Assembly (NCBI GenBank): GCA_965112155.1
Contig: OZ218099.1
Direction: 5' to 3' (one strand)
Length of the DNA: 64,000 nt
DNA from: Podarcis liolepis
Taxonomy: Eukaryota
The notes beneath the pieces are model-generated. The model was given only the letters and a program-made list of their open reading frames with translations. It did no database searches and had not been told where the DNA came from. Positions 36,810-49,900 of the stretch are shown in pieces. The translations under genes were made by a program, and so were the position numbers. Within the stretch, counting starts at the first letter, position 1. Each line of letters starts with the position of its first letter.

Positions 36810-36870
36810 CCTGTGTGATAGGATCCCAATGAAAACCTGCACCCCCTCATCTGTGCCCAAACACAACCAT

Positions 36871-36995
36871 GGCCATAGTGGTTCAGTCGGTGGAGCATGA
36901 GACTCTTAATCTCAGGGTCGTGGGTTCAAGCCCCACGTTTGGCATTGCCTTGTGGTCCCTTCCAGTTCTACAAGTCTGTGATTCTGTTATTCTAA
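36871..36995 (+). mobile_element. tRNA-Lys(CTT)-derived SINE / tRNA pseudogene with CR1-like tail
   Basis: 36872-36944 matches tRNA-Lys-CTT (anticodon arm GAGACTCTTAATCTC) but has a mismatched acceptor stem. It is followed by GGTCCCTTCCAGTTCTAC and ATTCTGT-type repeats, with no Pol III T-run terminator directly after the tRNA part. Confidence 0.8.
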
Positions 36996-39700
36996 CTATG
37001 CTATTAAAGGAACATTCCTTTTGGTCCTGAGAAGCCAATGGGCTAGGAGCTCTATTGGCTGAGGATGAAGCTTCACTGCCCTTTTTCAACATTGCCACAA
37101 TTGATGACAAGCAAAACTTCGGTGGGGAGAGGAGCAAATTGTCCAGAAAAGTTACAATTGCAGATTAACTTCGTAAAAATATGAGGCATTATGAAATTAT
37201 TTTGTTTGCACAATGTATCCAAGTCAGATAGTTTTTCTTGATGCAGTATGAACACGGAACTGGGTTGCTGTTGTTTCTAGCACAGAGCTGAATACATTAA
37301 AATGGGTACAAATTACACTTGCAAAAAAATCTTATTTTTCATATAAACACACACACTTACGTATGAAGGATGATTCCCATTGGTATAAAAGGGTTTGCTT
37401 TTCAAACATTGCAGGCAAACCACACTAAATGGTACTGAATGCATACCTGATGGTCCTTATCACAGGATAGGTGGATCACCAGAAACACAAAGTGCAAGCA
37501 AGTGACCTGTGTGGATCTGAAAAAGAAGACTGTGCTGATGGGGGTGGGGGGAGGAGTAAGCTCAGTTTGCAGTTGTGCAAAAAATGGCCCTTAGTTATTA
37601 AAGCATCTTAAAAGGATGACTAACTTCTCCCCCTTCCCCCTCCCCCTTTTTTTAGCAGTGCAGCAGAAAATACAGCATAAGACATCACATGCTGGTTTGC
37701 GAAGCGGTAAGCTTCTACCTAACAGCTGCTGCAGCAACAGCTAAAAATGCCGCCGGATGGACAGGCTGCAGCGGCTTCTCAATAACCTAATCCCGTTTTA
37801 AGCCTGGAAGGCCAGATTTATGTTGTCATTTGCATAAACGCCGGCGGGACGCTTTGCAAGGGCCTTGTCATTCAAGCGCCTTCTTCCCCTGCTCTCCGTT
37901 TGCGAAGGTGGAGTCACGACGGTTCCACTTGGGAGTCTAAGGGGGCAATGGCCCCAGAAGGAGCATCTGCAACAAAACGACCAGCTAGGCTCCTCACAAA
38001 AGAAGCTGTGGCTTCTGCCAGTGACTCATTCAGTTTGATTCAGAGCCTCCCACTCATGAGTAAGTCCCTACGCATGGCATTAAGAGATAAATATAACTTC
38101 AGCACCAGCATCCAAATTAGCGCGTAGCATTTAGGTAGATGGGTCGCAAAGCAGCACAAGGTGAGATAATTTACAAACAGGCTTCGGCGAGGAAGATAGC
38201 AGCGTTTCTAATGCAGGGAAGAACTTCAGACATTGGTGACAGAAGGCAACCGGACAGGCAAACGAAAGTGTCCACAAATCTTTCGAAAGATAGGGGGAAA
38301 TTGTTTGGTTCCCTGATTCTGCCTCTCCTCCCACCCACCCTTTAAAAATGAAAGAAAATCCTCATGCAAGGAGATTTTGTGAGAGCCGTCTGGACTTATC
38401 ACGGAAATCCGTAATTACATACTGCAGGCAATGTGGATTATGGACAAGCTGGGAGGAGAGAGAGATTTTTTATTACCATGAACTGTTGACCTCTCAGACG
38501 GGACATTCTCTTTGGAGACTGCATCAGCGCAATTAGGGATATTTCAACCACTTGAGGGACACATTATTTACATCCAGTGGAGATAACCAGTGGGATTATA
38601 GGGTGCCCAGACGTGTAGCCAAGAGTTCCCTTTTGAACCAGAATGGCTTGTTAGAGCTAACGTTATTACAAAAGACAATACAAAAACTGGAACTCATTTA
38701 ATGTTATTGCCCAGCTATACAAAAGTGGAAGGAAGCTGGTGGAAAGGAAGTTAAAAAGCAGACTGCACCTGAAATTGTAAATGGACCCTTTTATTGTGTC
38801 TGCCATATTCAAAAGAGCACAGTCAATAGATGAAGCATAAGTCAACAATCCAAGTTAATATATTATATAACGTGGCAAAGTGGAGCAGCTCCAACAAGCA
38901 CTTTATATTCTGTGCCAATGATCAGTCCTCATTGGCTTATTCTTTTCCTACTTCTTGGAACCTTGGGGTTTCCCCTAAGATGCAGATACCTCTCTCAGTG
39001 TTCCCCTTTAATTTACAATTTTCTTGGCACTGAACCAGATTATATGCAACTAGACAAGCCCCAAGGAAAGGTAGAAGCAAGAAAGCCCAGGCCAGAGACC
39101 ACATAACTACCAGCACCTGAAGGGACCTAGCAAGAAGTAGGGGCAGCCCCAGCTTTCCAGGGGCTACTTACTATTTCTTCTTTTTAAAAAACAAAACAAA
39201 AACCCACAACAACCCCCACAGGTGTCAGTGAAGTTAACTTTATCAAAAGAAACCAGCAGCTCTTCCTTGTAGGTTTTGCTGCCATGAGGGAGTTATGAGG
39301 ACTGAAGGTCCCTGCCTTCCCACAAAAGCCTAAGTCCTCTGCTCTCCAGGGTTTTTCCCCAAGCAGAGACTGTGTCTGCTTGCAATAAGTCTCTCCACTT
39401 CTCTTTTCATTCCTCTGCATGTTCTGGGAGACAGGGGGGTGGGGGGAGAGAAGACCAGCTTGCAGCAGGAGGGGGAGACTCCCTGGCTTCTTCAGCAGCC
39501 TGCCTCGCTGTCTCCTGGACCCCTTCCTCTCCAATCTCTGACTCAGCTCCTCCCAGTCTGCCCCCTAGTCTCCCTCTGATCAACATCCCACCACTGCCAG
39601 CAGCTCCTGAAGCCAGCCTAAGAATATTTTGTACCTTTTTGTGTTAATATTGTAAACTGTAAACAACCTTGGGTCCCTTGGCAAAAAGGCAGCATATATA

Positions 39701-39701
39701 A

Positions 39702-39760
<59 letters not shown>
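39701..39760. repeat. (AAAG)15 microsatellite
   Basis: Read directly from the sequence. Confidence 0.95.
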
Positions 39761-40962
39761 TGTTCTGAGATCCAACTTCCATAACGCAGTAAGAGCTCTG
39801 CAGAGGAAGAACATAAAAAGTAGCGGGGTTTTTTTCTGGATTGGAGCAAAGTTCCATCTATTCCTGCATCGTCTTCAACAGTAGCCAACCAAATACCTCT
39901 GGAACATCACAAACAGGGTATAATGGTTAGAACCATCCCATTTTGATTGGGTCCAAGTACTGGTACTCAAGTATCCTTCCTTACAACATGGAATTTCCAT
40001 TTAACCATCAGTACTATGAATTAGCTTTAAATATCCAACCAAATGAGTGGCAACTGCCACATTTTGTAAGTTAATCTACAGAACCATGTCCTTATTTGGG
40101 TATTGATCAAGCTAGTAGTGAGTTATTGGCTTGACCCTGATCTGGTACTATGTGAGACAACAAGATTTCCTTCTTCAAATCCTTTCCTCCAAAATTCTTT
40201 TAATTTTATATGTGCAGTATGCTGAACTTGTGTGTGTGTGTGTGTTACGTTTTTGTGAGGTACTGAGGTGAGAGATCACCCCACCTGCATTCTGAAGTGG
40301 CATGGTCCACGGCAGGCTGTATCACATGCTTTTGGCTGAATAGGTAACATTTGTCGCAGCAGAGTAATTAACATGATCATTCCCAGTCAAACATTAACTC
40401 TCACTGCAGCAGAGGACTCAAGAGCCTCTACTTACAACACAGCAAAGGGGACTGAAGGAATCTGGCTTGCTCTGGTTTTGGTGCTTTAAGGCAGTCCAAG
40501 CTGAAGAGCTAATAGGCTTTTATATATGTTTGCACCTATGTCCTAAGAGCCTTAACGAGGAAAGGAGCTGGTTGCTGGGAATGCAGCTGCTTGCTGGGAA
40601 GTAGCATCACTGTGCTATCTATATAGGCATCGGCCTTCCTCCTTGATAAGCTTTTCCACCTCTGAGAACAAACCTCTTTGCATAAAAGCTACCTGATATC
40701 AAGAGAAAGGCCACACTCTTAAGATGCAGTTCAGGGAGATGGGGGTTTGAAGGGAGGGCAAATCCTTCCATTATTTTTTGTTTTGTCTCCTGCATTCTTG
40801 GTAGCAGCCCTCCAGGATTGGTAATCTCCTGCATTCCAGGCTATAGCTACTTTTCACTACCTTCAGGCCCAAAATCCAATGGAGTCTGCTGGGGTTCCAG
40901 GGAAAGATAGGGACTTCCTGCTTTCTGAGCACTGGCTTTATTTTACTCGGGTCATTTGCACG

Positions 40963-40966
<4 letters not shown>

Positions 40967-40994
<28 letters not shown>
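40967..40994. repeat. (CA)n microsatellite
   Basis: Read directly from the sequence. Confidence 0.9.
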
Positions 40995-40997
<3 letters not shown>

Positions 40998-41244
40998 GGA
41001 GCCTCAATGACGCCCCTCTGTAGGCTTCACCTGAGGCAAAAAACCTGGATAGTCCCCCTTGTAGCTACGGCTCTGGTGTATGTTTTGCTTTCTTCTGCAG
41101 TTCTTCCCAGGTAACCATCCTTACTTGGCCTAGGTTGATGGAAATCAGAAATCAAAAAGTGGAAGCTTTCCTTTTGCACTGAGGCTGGATCTCACCAGCA
41201 AATGGGATGCAAACCCCATGGAGGGATTGTATAAACAAACACAG

Positions 41245-41246
<2 letters not shown>

Positions 41247-41286
<40 letters not shown>
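41247..41286. repeat. (AAAG)10 microsatellite
   Basis: Read directly from the sequence. Confidence 0.95.
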
Positions 41287-41963
41287 GCAGGCATCTGGCA
41301 GTCAGCATGAAGGCCGGTGCTGCCAGGAGATATGCCAACCCCTGCGATGGCATTTGACAAAATGTCATTTTAAATGGGTAAGTGTAGTGCTGACTCGTGT
41401 CTTTTGTCAGGCTGCTCCTCTTGACAGTGTGATATTTATAGCTGAGGCCTCGGAAGAGATGACTGGTACTCCCAGGGAGTTACGAACGGGGAGGCGGACC
41501 AGCTTGCACTGGCAAACATAAATATTTGACATGGTGGAAGGAGAGAAGAGGAACGATGTCCCGCTGAGCTAAGGAAAGGCAAGGGTTCTCAGGGTGCCAA
41601 GCTGAGCCCCCTGCATGGGACCTCCCCACTGTTTGTTTGTCCTTGCAGAATGCGGACGTTCCACCTAGAGTCTGTGCCAAGAAGCCCTCCATAAAGGGTG
41701 GGGGGTAAGGAATTTAAAAAACAGGTAGGTTGTTGCAGTCAGAGCTCTCATTAAGTCCTCCACTGAGCTTAGCTTTTGGCCACAGAAATGATCAATAACG
41801 AAGCTGGTACTCAGGAAGTACAGTGGGGGCAAAAGTGATGTGACCTCTCCCCCCACCTTTCTGCAGACAAGGTTTCTGTCTCCTTCCCCATATTGTAACG
41901 TATTACTACTGGTAGCAATCTTATACACAGTGCACTTAATTTTCAAATCTTTTATTCACTTGA

Positions 41964-42023
41964 CCTCATAACAATCCTATGCAGTAGATCACGATGTGTC
42001 CCATTTCACAGATAGGAAACTGA
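41964..42023 (-). mobile_element. MIR/CORE-SINE core remnant
   Basis: The minus strand reads TCAGTTTCCTATCTGTGAAATGGG...GGATTGTTATGAGG, resembling the MIR core. Confidence 0.6.
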
Positions 42024-43054
42024 TGCGACAGCTGACCCATGGCCCTGCAGTGGTATAAAACCATGTCCCATCAGTGCAATTGGACTTTCCCGCCTCTCCT
42101 CCACTTGCACTCACCATACACCTTCCACAAATCTGATCCGGAACAGATTCAGGAGGTGCATGGAGGGTGGGAGAACGTTCTGTTGCTCAAGCAGATGTTC
42201 CTGGGCTTACAGAATGTTCACAGAGTGCTGCGTTGCATGCAACCCTATACCTGCCTATACATCTATCACAAAGCCATTAGAATTGAGAGGCGATTAAGAT
42301 AATTGCATAACTATTGAGTCACTGCTTATCATGATTCATTCTAGAAGCAGACCATCACTATGTTTGGCCTTTCATAAAATGGAACATAATCATAGTGTTT
42401 TGTGCTTTTAAAAATGCCTCTCTCTAAGAAGACCAACCAAGGTAGCCAGCAATTATATCCAGAGTGTGGGAATAAGCCTTGACTTAATGATGGGAAACTT
42501 AAACACTGTCTCTCATGGTAGGGCCTTCCTGGGACTACAACGTGCAAGCGGGACTTGTGTGAATGGGAGCCAGACTAGACCACTGGTTCAGCCCTGACAA
42601 ATGTATGTGGTGCTCTTGAATTCTTCCATGTGAAAATCCTCACTCACCCAAGAAGGTCGCTAGATGACTGGCAGAGGAGGGAAGGAAAGTGCTGTCTTTC
42701 TCACAGTGCCTTGTGGCATTTGCATCCTGGGTGCAGAAGATGGGGCTTCCCTTCTCTGGCAGCCCACGGGTTCTTCAACAGGCATAGGGGAAGATCCTGT
42801 CAATTGTTGAGCAGCCTGTTCACTTGCCTGTGCACAATTCCTTGACACCTGTGGTTACCAAGTGAGTGCTTAAATGCAAAGATAACTGAAAACTTACACA
42901 GGCCAAACCTGAAAAAAGGTTCTGGGGTAGTAGATACAGGGTTTCGAATACCTGTGCTGCTAACTGACCTTCTCCAATTATTTTGTCACCAGTTATTCCC
43001 TGCAAACAATCCCGAGTCTTTTATGGAAACAATCCATGGGTAAAAAAGACAATA

Positions 43055-43772
43055 CAGTGGTACCTCAGGTTACAGACACTTCAGGTTACAGACTCCGCTA
43101 ACCCAGAAATAATACCTCGGGTTAAGAACTTTGCTTCAGGATGAGAACAGAAATCGTGCAGCGGCAGGAAGCCCCATTAGCTAAAGTGGTAACTCAGGTT
43201 AAGAACAGTTTCATTTTTTAAAAAAGATATTTATTAAGATTTTCAAAATATTACAAAATGAAAAAAGAAAAAACAAAAATACAAAATAAAAGTAGTTAAA
43301 AACAACTCAATCTTTCCGTTACTTATCTTTCATTTGCTTGTTTCCCGGACCTCCTCACGCCTCCCTTTTTTGTATTCCAATTCAGTTTGTTAGTTCAGCA
43401 AATCCTTCCCCTCTTTGTTTATCCTAGTCTTTAATCTTAAAATATTGTGACATTAAATTTTTACCTGTTAATAATCCATTTTTCATATTCCCTTATAATA
43501 TTACAGCTAAAAACCACTTAATTTCTATCCAACATCATTCTAACATTCATTAATTTTGCAATATTTCTGTAAATAGTCTTTAAACTTTTTCCAGTCTTCT
43601 TCCACCGACTCTTCTCCCTGATCTCAGATTCTGCCAGTCATTTCCGCCAATTCCATATAGTCCATCACCTTCACCTGCCATTCTTCCAGAGTGGGTAGGT
43701 CTTGTGTCTTCCAGTTTCAGGTTAAGAACGGACCTCCGGAACGAATTAAGTTCTTAACCCGAGGTACCACTG
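43055..43772. mobile_element. Tc1/mariner-type MITE (TA TSD) interrupted by an L1 insertion
   Basis: TA|CAGTGGTACCTCAGGTTA ... TAACCCGAGGTACCACTG|TA. Confidence 0.85.
43214..43711 (-). mobile_element. 5'-truncated L1-clade LINE (ORF2 C-terminus plus 3'UTR)
   Basis: The minus strand encodes KTQDLPTLEEWQVKVMDYMELAEMTGRI*DQGEESVEEDWKKFKDYLQKYCKINEC*, followed by AATAAA and an A-rich tail; 8-bp TSD CAGTTTCA. Confidence 0.8.
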
Positions 43773-43792
43773 TAATGCACATTGCTCTAGTG

Positions 43793-43923
43793 CAGGGTTT
43801 CACAAATTTTGGTCTCTGGCTGCTTTTGGAATATAATTCCCATCATCCCACTGGTCCTGCTAGCTAGGGATGATGGGAGTTGTAGTCCAAAAACAGCAAG
43901 AGACCCAAGTTTGGGAAACCCCA
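43793..43923. mobile_element. Palindromic hAT-type MITE
   Basis: Same family as 7947-8082. Confidence 0.75.
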
Positions 43924-46900
43924 TAGTAGTGTATGCACAGTACATTATTTTTTTAATAAACATTTTACAGGGGGGGGGGTATAATTTTGATTGCAGCATT
44001 TGTGCTTTATTGGTGCAAAATTTGGAGTTCAATGACACAGAAGCTGGATTGTGCTCCTGGCTTAAATGCAGTCATGTTTCTGGCCATAAGAGTCATCCAT
44101 CCAACAACATGGACAAGTGCAGCATCTAAGAAGATGCTACAAGCATTATAGTCAATGAAGTTTCACAATGTTGAGTTCGGTCCAAATCAGGGGTGGAGAA
44201 CCAGGCACTGTTGAACTAGGACTCCCAGCATCCCTGACCACTGGCTATGCTGGCTAGGGCTGGTGGGAGTTGGAGCCCAACAACACCTGGAGGTTCACAG
44301 ACTCCCCACACTCATCTCAGTCAAGCAATCCTTTTCATGTGTTCCACACACAGGAACTGACAAAATATGCTTGCCACACAACTCCACTAGTAGAACACAT
44401 GAGCAAGCACACATACACTGAAATGTATCGAGCCGCTTTTCAGGCATGGTGCTACCATAGCGAGGATGAGATCCTTTCCCACACAAATGCGTGGAATATT
44501 AGTGTGATGGCATGTTGTTATGCAATTTTGAACTACCCATATGACCTGCAGCTGGGCTTGTGCTCCTGCAGAAGGCAGCAACTAACAGCAAGCTCCATAT
44601 CCTACCATTGCAGCTTTATTGTGCAGAGAGTCTATGGAGGGAAAACAAGCAAGTGAATGCAAAGGAAGAGGATGGTTTAAGATCACACAGCTGAGATCCC
44701 AGAGGCGCCTCTAAGCCCTAGCAATATTTTCTAATAAACTTGGTGTTATCTCCTGCCACACAGGAACAAAGACTAGGATAAATGAATAGCAATAAGACGA
44801 AGTATGTGTTGGGCATGGCACAAAAATGTGAGCGGGAAATAGGATCCAGGTGTAACGAACTCTCCCAGGCTGCCCCTCTTTGGAAATAGCAGCTGTGTGG
44901 GCAGACAGGGAAATCACTGGGTAATATCTAAGGCAGATTAAAAATAATAACGATCCAATTTTTAAAAGTTTCTTGCACTTTATAACTTGCCCTTCCCCAA
45001 ATGAACCCTCTATGAAACACAATCTGAGTTCGCTACACAGAATGCAGAGGCTAACTAAAAGTAACAATGGTTTATTAAAACAATTAGAAAAAAATAAACA
45101 TAACTAACCCATGGGTCTCTAGAAAACATAGTAAGATAAAGGCCACGCTTCCACATCCATAAATAACCAAAGAGGAAATTGCTAGATTTTAGTCCTGTGC
45201 CAACACCACTAGCACATTGTGACATACCAAGAAGTGATCAGCCTAAAGATAAGCACACCTGTCACCTGAGAGGCGAAACCTACTGACATGTCAGTGTACT
45301 GGTCACCCACAGAAGAACAAAAGTCATGGGGAGAAAACGGGTGTCTGAAAATGGCTTAGCTGCTCTAAGGCACAGAGAAGGCAGCTCTCACATTTCACAA
45401 GGACATTTCTCCTCTGGTTTCCCAGCCCCTCCCTCCTCTCCCCTCTTTCCCTCCCTCTTTTCCTTGCACCTGCATGAATGATGGATGGCTCTGTCCCCAT
45501 TTGCAGGTCTAGCCAACACGCTGGGGAAGCTGCAGGGAGGGCTCCAACTGGAGCACTTGCAGCAGACTAGAAAGAAATAAAAGCAAGGAAGCTTGCGGAG
45601 AGATTTTAGATTAAGCAGGTGATGAATCAAATAAGCAAAATAACTAAGAAACCTACGCCTGCTCTCCACGCCCCCCTCTCCACAACCACAACTCCCAAGC
45701 TGTGAGAAAGGAAGTGGCTCTCAGAAGCTGAGAATATGGGTGGGGAGGGATGGAGCAAAGATGCTTCCTCAATTGTCAGGATGACTCCTAGCTCATTTGT
45801 TGGTCACAAAACTCCTTGGGCTGGCAAATCTGCCGTGTCAAATGGAACAAGCGTTTGGGCAAATATTTGTTAAAAATGTCATTCCACTGATTGTTCTAGG
45901 GGTGCACAGCAAAACAACAGATCTGAGCTTTCAGAGATACTATAAGGGATGCTTCAAGGGTATAGCTAACCTGCAGAGGAAGGTAACCTCTTTGCTTTTT
46001 TTGCCCACACTCCTCGTTGCATTACTTTCTTGGGGAAACACTTTTCCCTGTGCCATGACCTGGGGTGGCTTCTGGTCTTTCCTCTCTTCAGATCTAGGCG
46101 TCTTTTAAAAAGATAGGACACACTTCTGTTTTTCAGAAGCTTGTTGAGAGAATGCACACTTCCCTGCAAAACTGGAATGCCTGCTATTCTTACCCTGAAC
46201 TGCATGCAAGCGTCTGTGTAATTTGTATGGCTGTGATTTGTTTTTCTTATGAAATAAATTAATAGTTTTAAAAAATTACATGCAACTTGAGAAATGGCAG
46301 GAGCATTCATCAGAAAGCCAGTAAGGAAATGCACTAAAACAAAAAAGCATAGTTAGCACCGGAAAAAAACACCAGAAGTCCGGTTCTGCTGATTTCATGC
46401 TATCTCTAACACCACCTATTATATGGTACATCTGCCCATAGCATAGGTTTCCCCAGCCTGGTGTTTTAGACACCAACTCCCATCAGGTAGGATGGCCAAG
46501 ACAAGGATGATGGGAGTCCAAAACATCTGGAGTCCCCTGGGAATACAATTAACCCCTTCTGGAAACTGTAGCTTTGTGAGGAAAATAGGGGACTCCTAAC
46601 AACCCTAAGAACCCTTAACAAATGACAGTTCCCAGGATTCTTTCGGGAAAGCTATGACTCTTAAAGTGGTATTCCAGTGTGGGTGCAGTCAGGACAAGAA
46701 TCTGTGGGAATGTTGCTATGGATCTAGCCAGCTATCTTCAACTTTTCAATACCTGTAAGCAGACTCACCTTTAGTCCAAACATGTGCTGGGGGACCCACT
46801 TCTGCTTTTTATTTTTTTACCATACGCTTGTCTGGTGGTAATGCTGTTGCTGAAACCCATTTTAGGTCAGGCTACAGGTACCTGGTAGTGAGTCCCAATC

Positions 46901-49900
46901 CAGTAGCTGAAATCCAGTGATCATTCTAGGCCTTCTCAGGTGTATTTGCTTTTCAGATCTCAGCAAAACCATGTGAAATGTCTGTGATTTGAAGGAACAT
47001 CTTGAACATATAGGGTGAAAAGTCAGGAAGTAAAGCTAGCAGCAAGGTCAGGCTCCCAAGCATGTACTGAGCTCAAGGGCCTTTGCTCAACGTCCAGATT
47101 ATTTTTATCCTGCCGTGTGATCTCTTCCCAGTCCCCTGAAATCCCATTCCAAAGAAAGGCTGGGAAAACTGTGTCTGAAAGCCCAACAATTTCATATCCT
47201 GTCTAGTTTTCTCACTCCAAGGAGGGGAAACAAATTCTAAAAACAGCATGTATGATACTTGGGCTTTCCATCTTTAGACTAGAGAGTTGGGAGACAGAAT
47301 TGTATGTGGCTGTGATTTCACATGGAGCGTCTACATAGGCTTGGGAAATATGTGCTCAGGTATCATGGTGCATGTCTATTATAGCTTATTCCCGAATTCA
47401 AAGAAGATTGCCAATGCTTACAACTCCTCCACCACTCTCTCTCTCTCTCTAAATATATATGGGTTGGATTTAGAGGTGGGGGATTTATTCACAAAGATCT
47501 TTCCATTGCTTTCAAATAAGGAGCGGAACTGTCTTCTGTGCCCTCCAAATCAAATGAAATCTAGCCTACTCACATTTACAAAGGTTGCCAACCACTGGCT
47601 AATGCAAAATTTCACTATCCGTAATACTAAAAAACGAATCAGAAATAAAGGACGTAACAGGAGTCAGAATTGGTGAACACGGCAGGAGAACCAAAAGATA
47701 CAGAGGCCCAGAAGATCTCAAGAGGACCTTGCTGTTTGAGCAAAGCTTAGCTGCAGGAGGAAGCCCTCTTATAGTCCTTCCTACCCAAGGGGATTTCACA
47801 GCTTGTCTGTGTGGGCAGGGTCAGTTCAGAGCCAGAAGGTAGTAAACTGCTTATGCAGAGACTGCAACTTGCAATTCAGCAGCTCACTCTATGGACACCT
47901 GCAAACAAACCCAAAGGCTCCCATTTGGGGAGACAGATGCAATTATAGAATCAAACTTTGCACTGTAGTTCAGTTATTTGCCCAGCATTTGATGAGGAAA
48001 ACATGTAAAGCAAGAAACATGTCTCCTGTAGATGCATGGCAGGGAGTCGCAGAAAACGTTAAGTATTGGGTGAGTGTGAATGCAATGCAAGCTCCCAAGT
48101 ACTTAAGTGTGCAGATATTCACTTAACAAACAGCAAGCATGGTTCAAACCATGGCACCATGGAAGTGTGAAGAACCTCAGTACTAACTCAAAGACTAGCA
48201 AGGTGACAGAAAAGTTCAAGCTCAGGTTAAGAAGGCACAAGAAAGCTATTAGTATCCTGTGTCCTCCTTGAGCATTAAGCATGACCTTGGTAAGGAATCA
48301 AAGCCCTGTTGTACCTGGTGCAATAAGTGTATCTGGAGTGCCAGATGATCTTTGCAGTCAAGAGAAAAGCTACAACTGAGACCAAGCCCCAGTGAATGGA
48401 GACAAAGGTCTTGACATATTTACAGAAGATCACAATCCTCTTGAAGGCCCCGAGATCAGGCCAGCAAGCTCCACAGCCTATCACACCAGGCCCTGAGAGC
48501 ACTTACAGCAGGTGTGGGGAACACCTTTGGCCCTCCAGATGTCACTGTGCTACGACTCCCATCAGACCCAGCAAGCATGGGCCTCAGATGATGGGAACTG
48601 CAGTTCAGCAACATCTGAAGGGCCAAAGGTGTACCACACCTGACTTAAAGGCAGCTCACAAATGGCAAGAAATCCAAACAGACTTAAAACCATCCTACCA
48701 GCCTGAGAACAAACTTCATCTCTGCTGCTGCAGTTACCTCTCCCTCGACAAAAAAGGGACCTTTTCTATTACATGGATGGAAGGAGGTAGAAAATTAAAG
48801 GTGAAGAGGGTAAGAATAGCTGTTTTTTCTATATCAATTCTTCCAATGGGTCAAAAGCTGCTTTTGTATTATAAAAGTGGTCAACACCAGTTTCTTATCA
48901 GATCAACAAGCTACAGTTCACTGCTCTGTCGAGCCCAATGCAATCCTTCCACGGAGTCGCTGGTCTGTCCCTAACTTGCTATTAACCAGGATCCCCCAAG
49001 GGCCAATTCAAATGTTCAGCTATTAAGGATGTACAGCCCACTCACTTGAATGTACTACCTCAGCTTCTACATGGGGAGTCATAAAAATGACTACCCCGTG
49101 TCAAATTGGTCCAGAAGCATCCATTAATGGCAGGCAACTTGGAGACGAGCAGCACAGAAATACTTTAACTAGCAGAAAAGAGTAAACACCAAAATTCCGC
49201 AAGTGAAGTGATGAGCAGCATTAAGAATGAAACCAGGTTGTGGCAACTGTCCCACCTTAAGAGACTGTAGGACTTGGCAGGTGCCCTCCTAATGTTCAGA
49301 CTTCTGCTCTCACTTCTGAACCTGCTCAAGTCTCACAGTGCCTTCTGCAGTTCTGAGAAAAATACCAGGAAAGAAAGAGCTGTCAGTTTCTCAGGACAAA
49401 TATGTAAGCCTTAAAAAGCAGGTATTGTTTTAAGACAAGCAACAAGACATGGCCAGGTTCCCAACAATAGAACTGCCCCTGTGCTCAAGAATTGGAGGGA
49501 CCTGAAATTTATAGTTCTGAAATGAAAGTTTGCACTTCAGGAGAAAGCTGTAACTAGATAGCCACAGAATACAGAGTCCTTCCAGATTGGTGGTTTGTTT
49601 TTTTCCAGGTGCGTGATGCAACATGTCATTGATGCAACAATAGTGTGTTAGTGTTGGATTTTTACTCGACCTTCCACACATCCTTCACCTTTATTTCTTG
49701 TTCTGTGAGGCTTCCCCCATGTTACTGCATTACTGCTGTCTGGGAGGCCCCTCTTGCAACAAAAGGAGGACAAATAAAAAATGCCCCAGAATGTATGTGG
49801 TACAAAAAGTTACAGGATTTCTGCAGGAAGTTACAAGACATCCACCAATTGGAAATAAAGCAGGTGCAAAACTTATTGAAAGTTAGATCACATATAACCA

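Noticed and set aside
36872-36944. Functional tRNA-Lys gene
   Set aside because: The acceptor stem is mismatched, there is no adjacent terminator, and a CR1-like tail follows directly, so I treat it as a SINE.
47043-48290. Isolated ERR/NR5A-like sites (CAAGGTCA, CCAAGGTCA)
   Set aside because: Single short motifs are expected by chance in 64 kb and have no supporting context.
48396-48974. 192-aa ORF
   Set aside because: It runs through a MITE copy and has no recognisable protein features.
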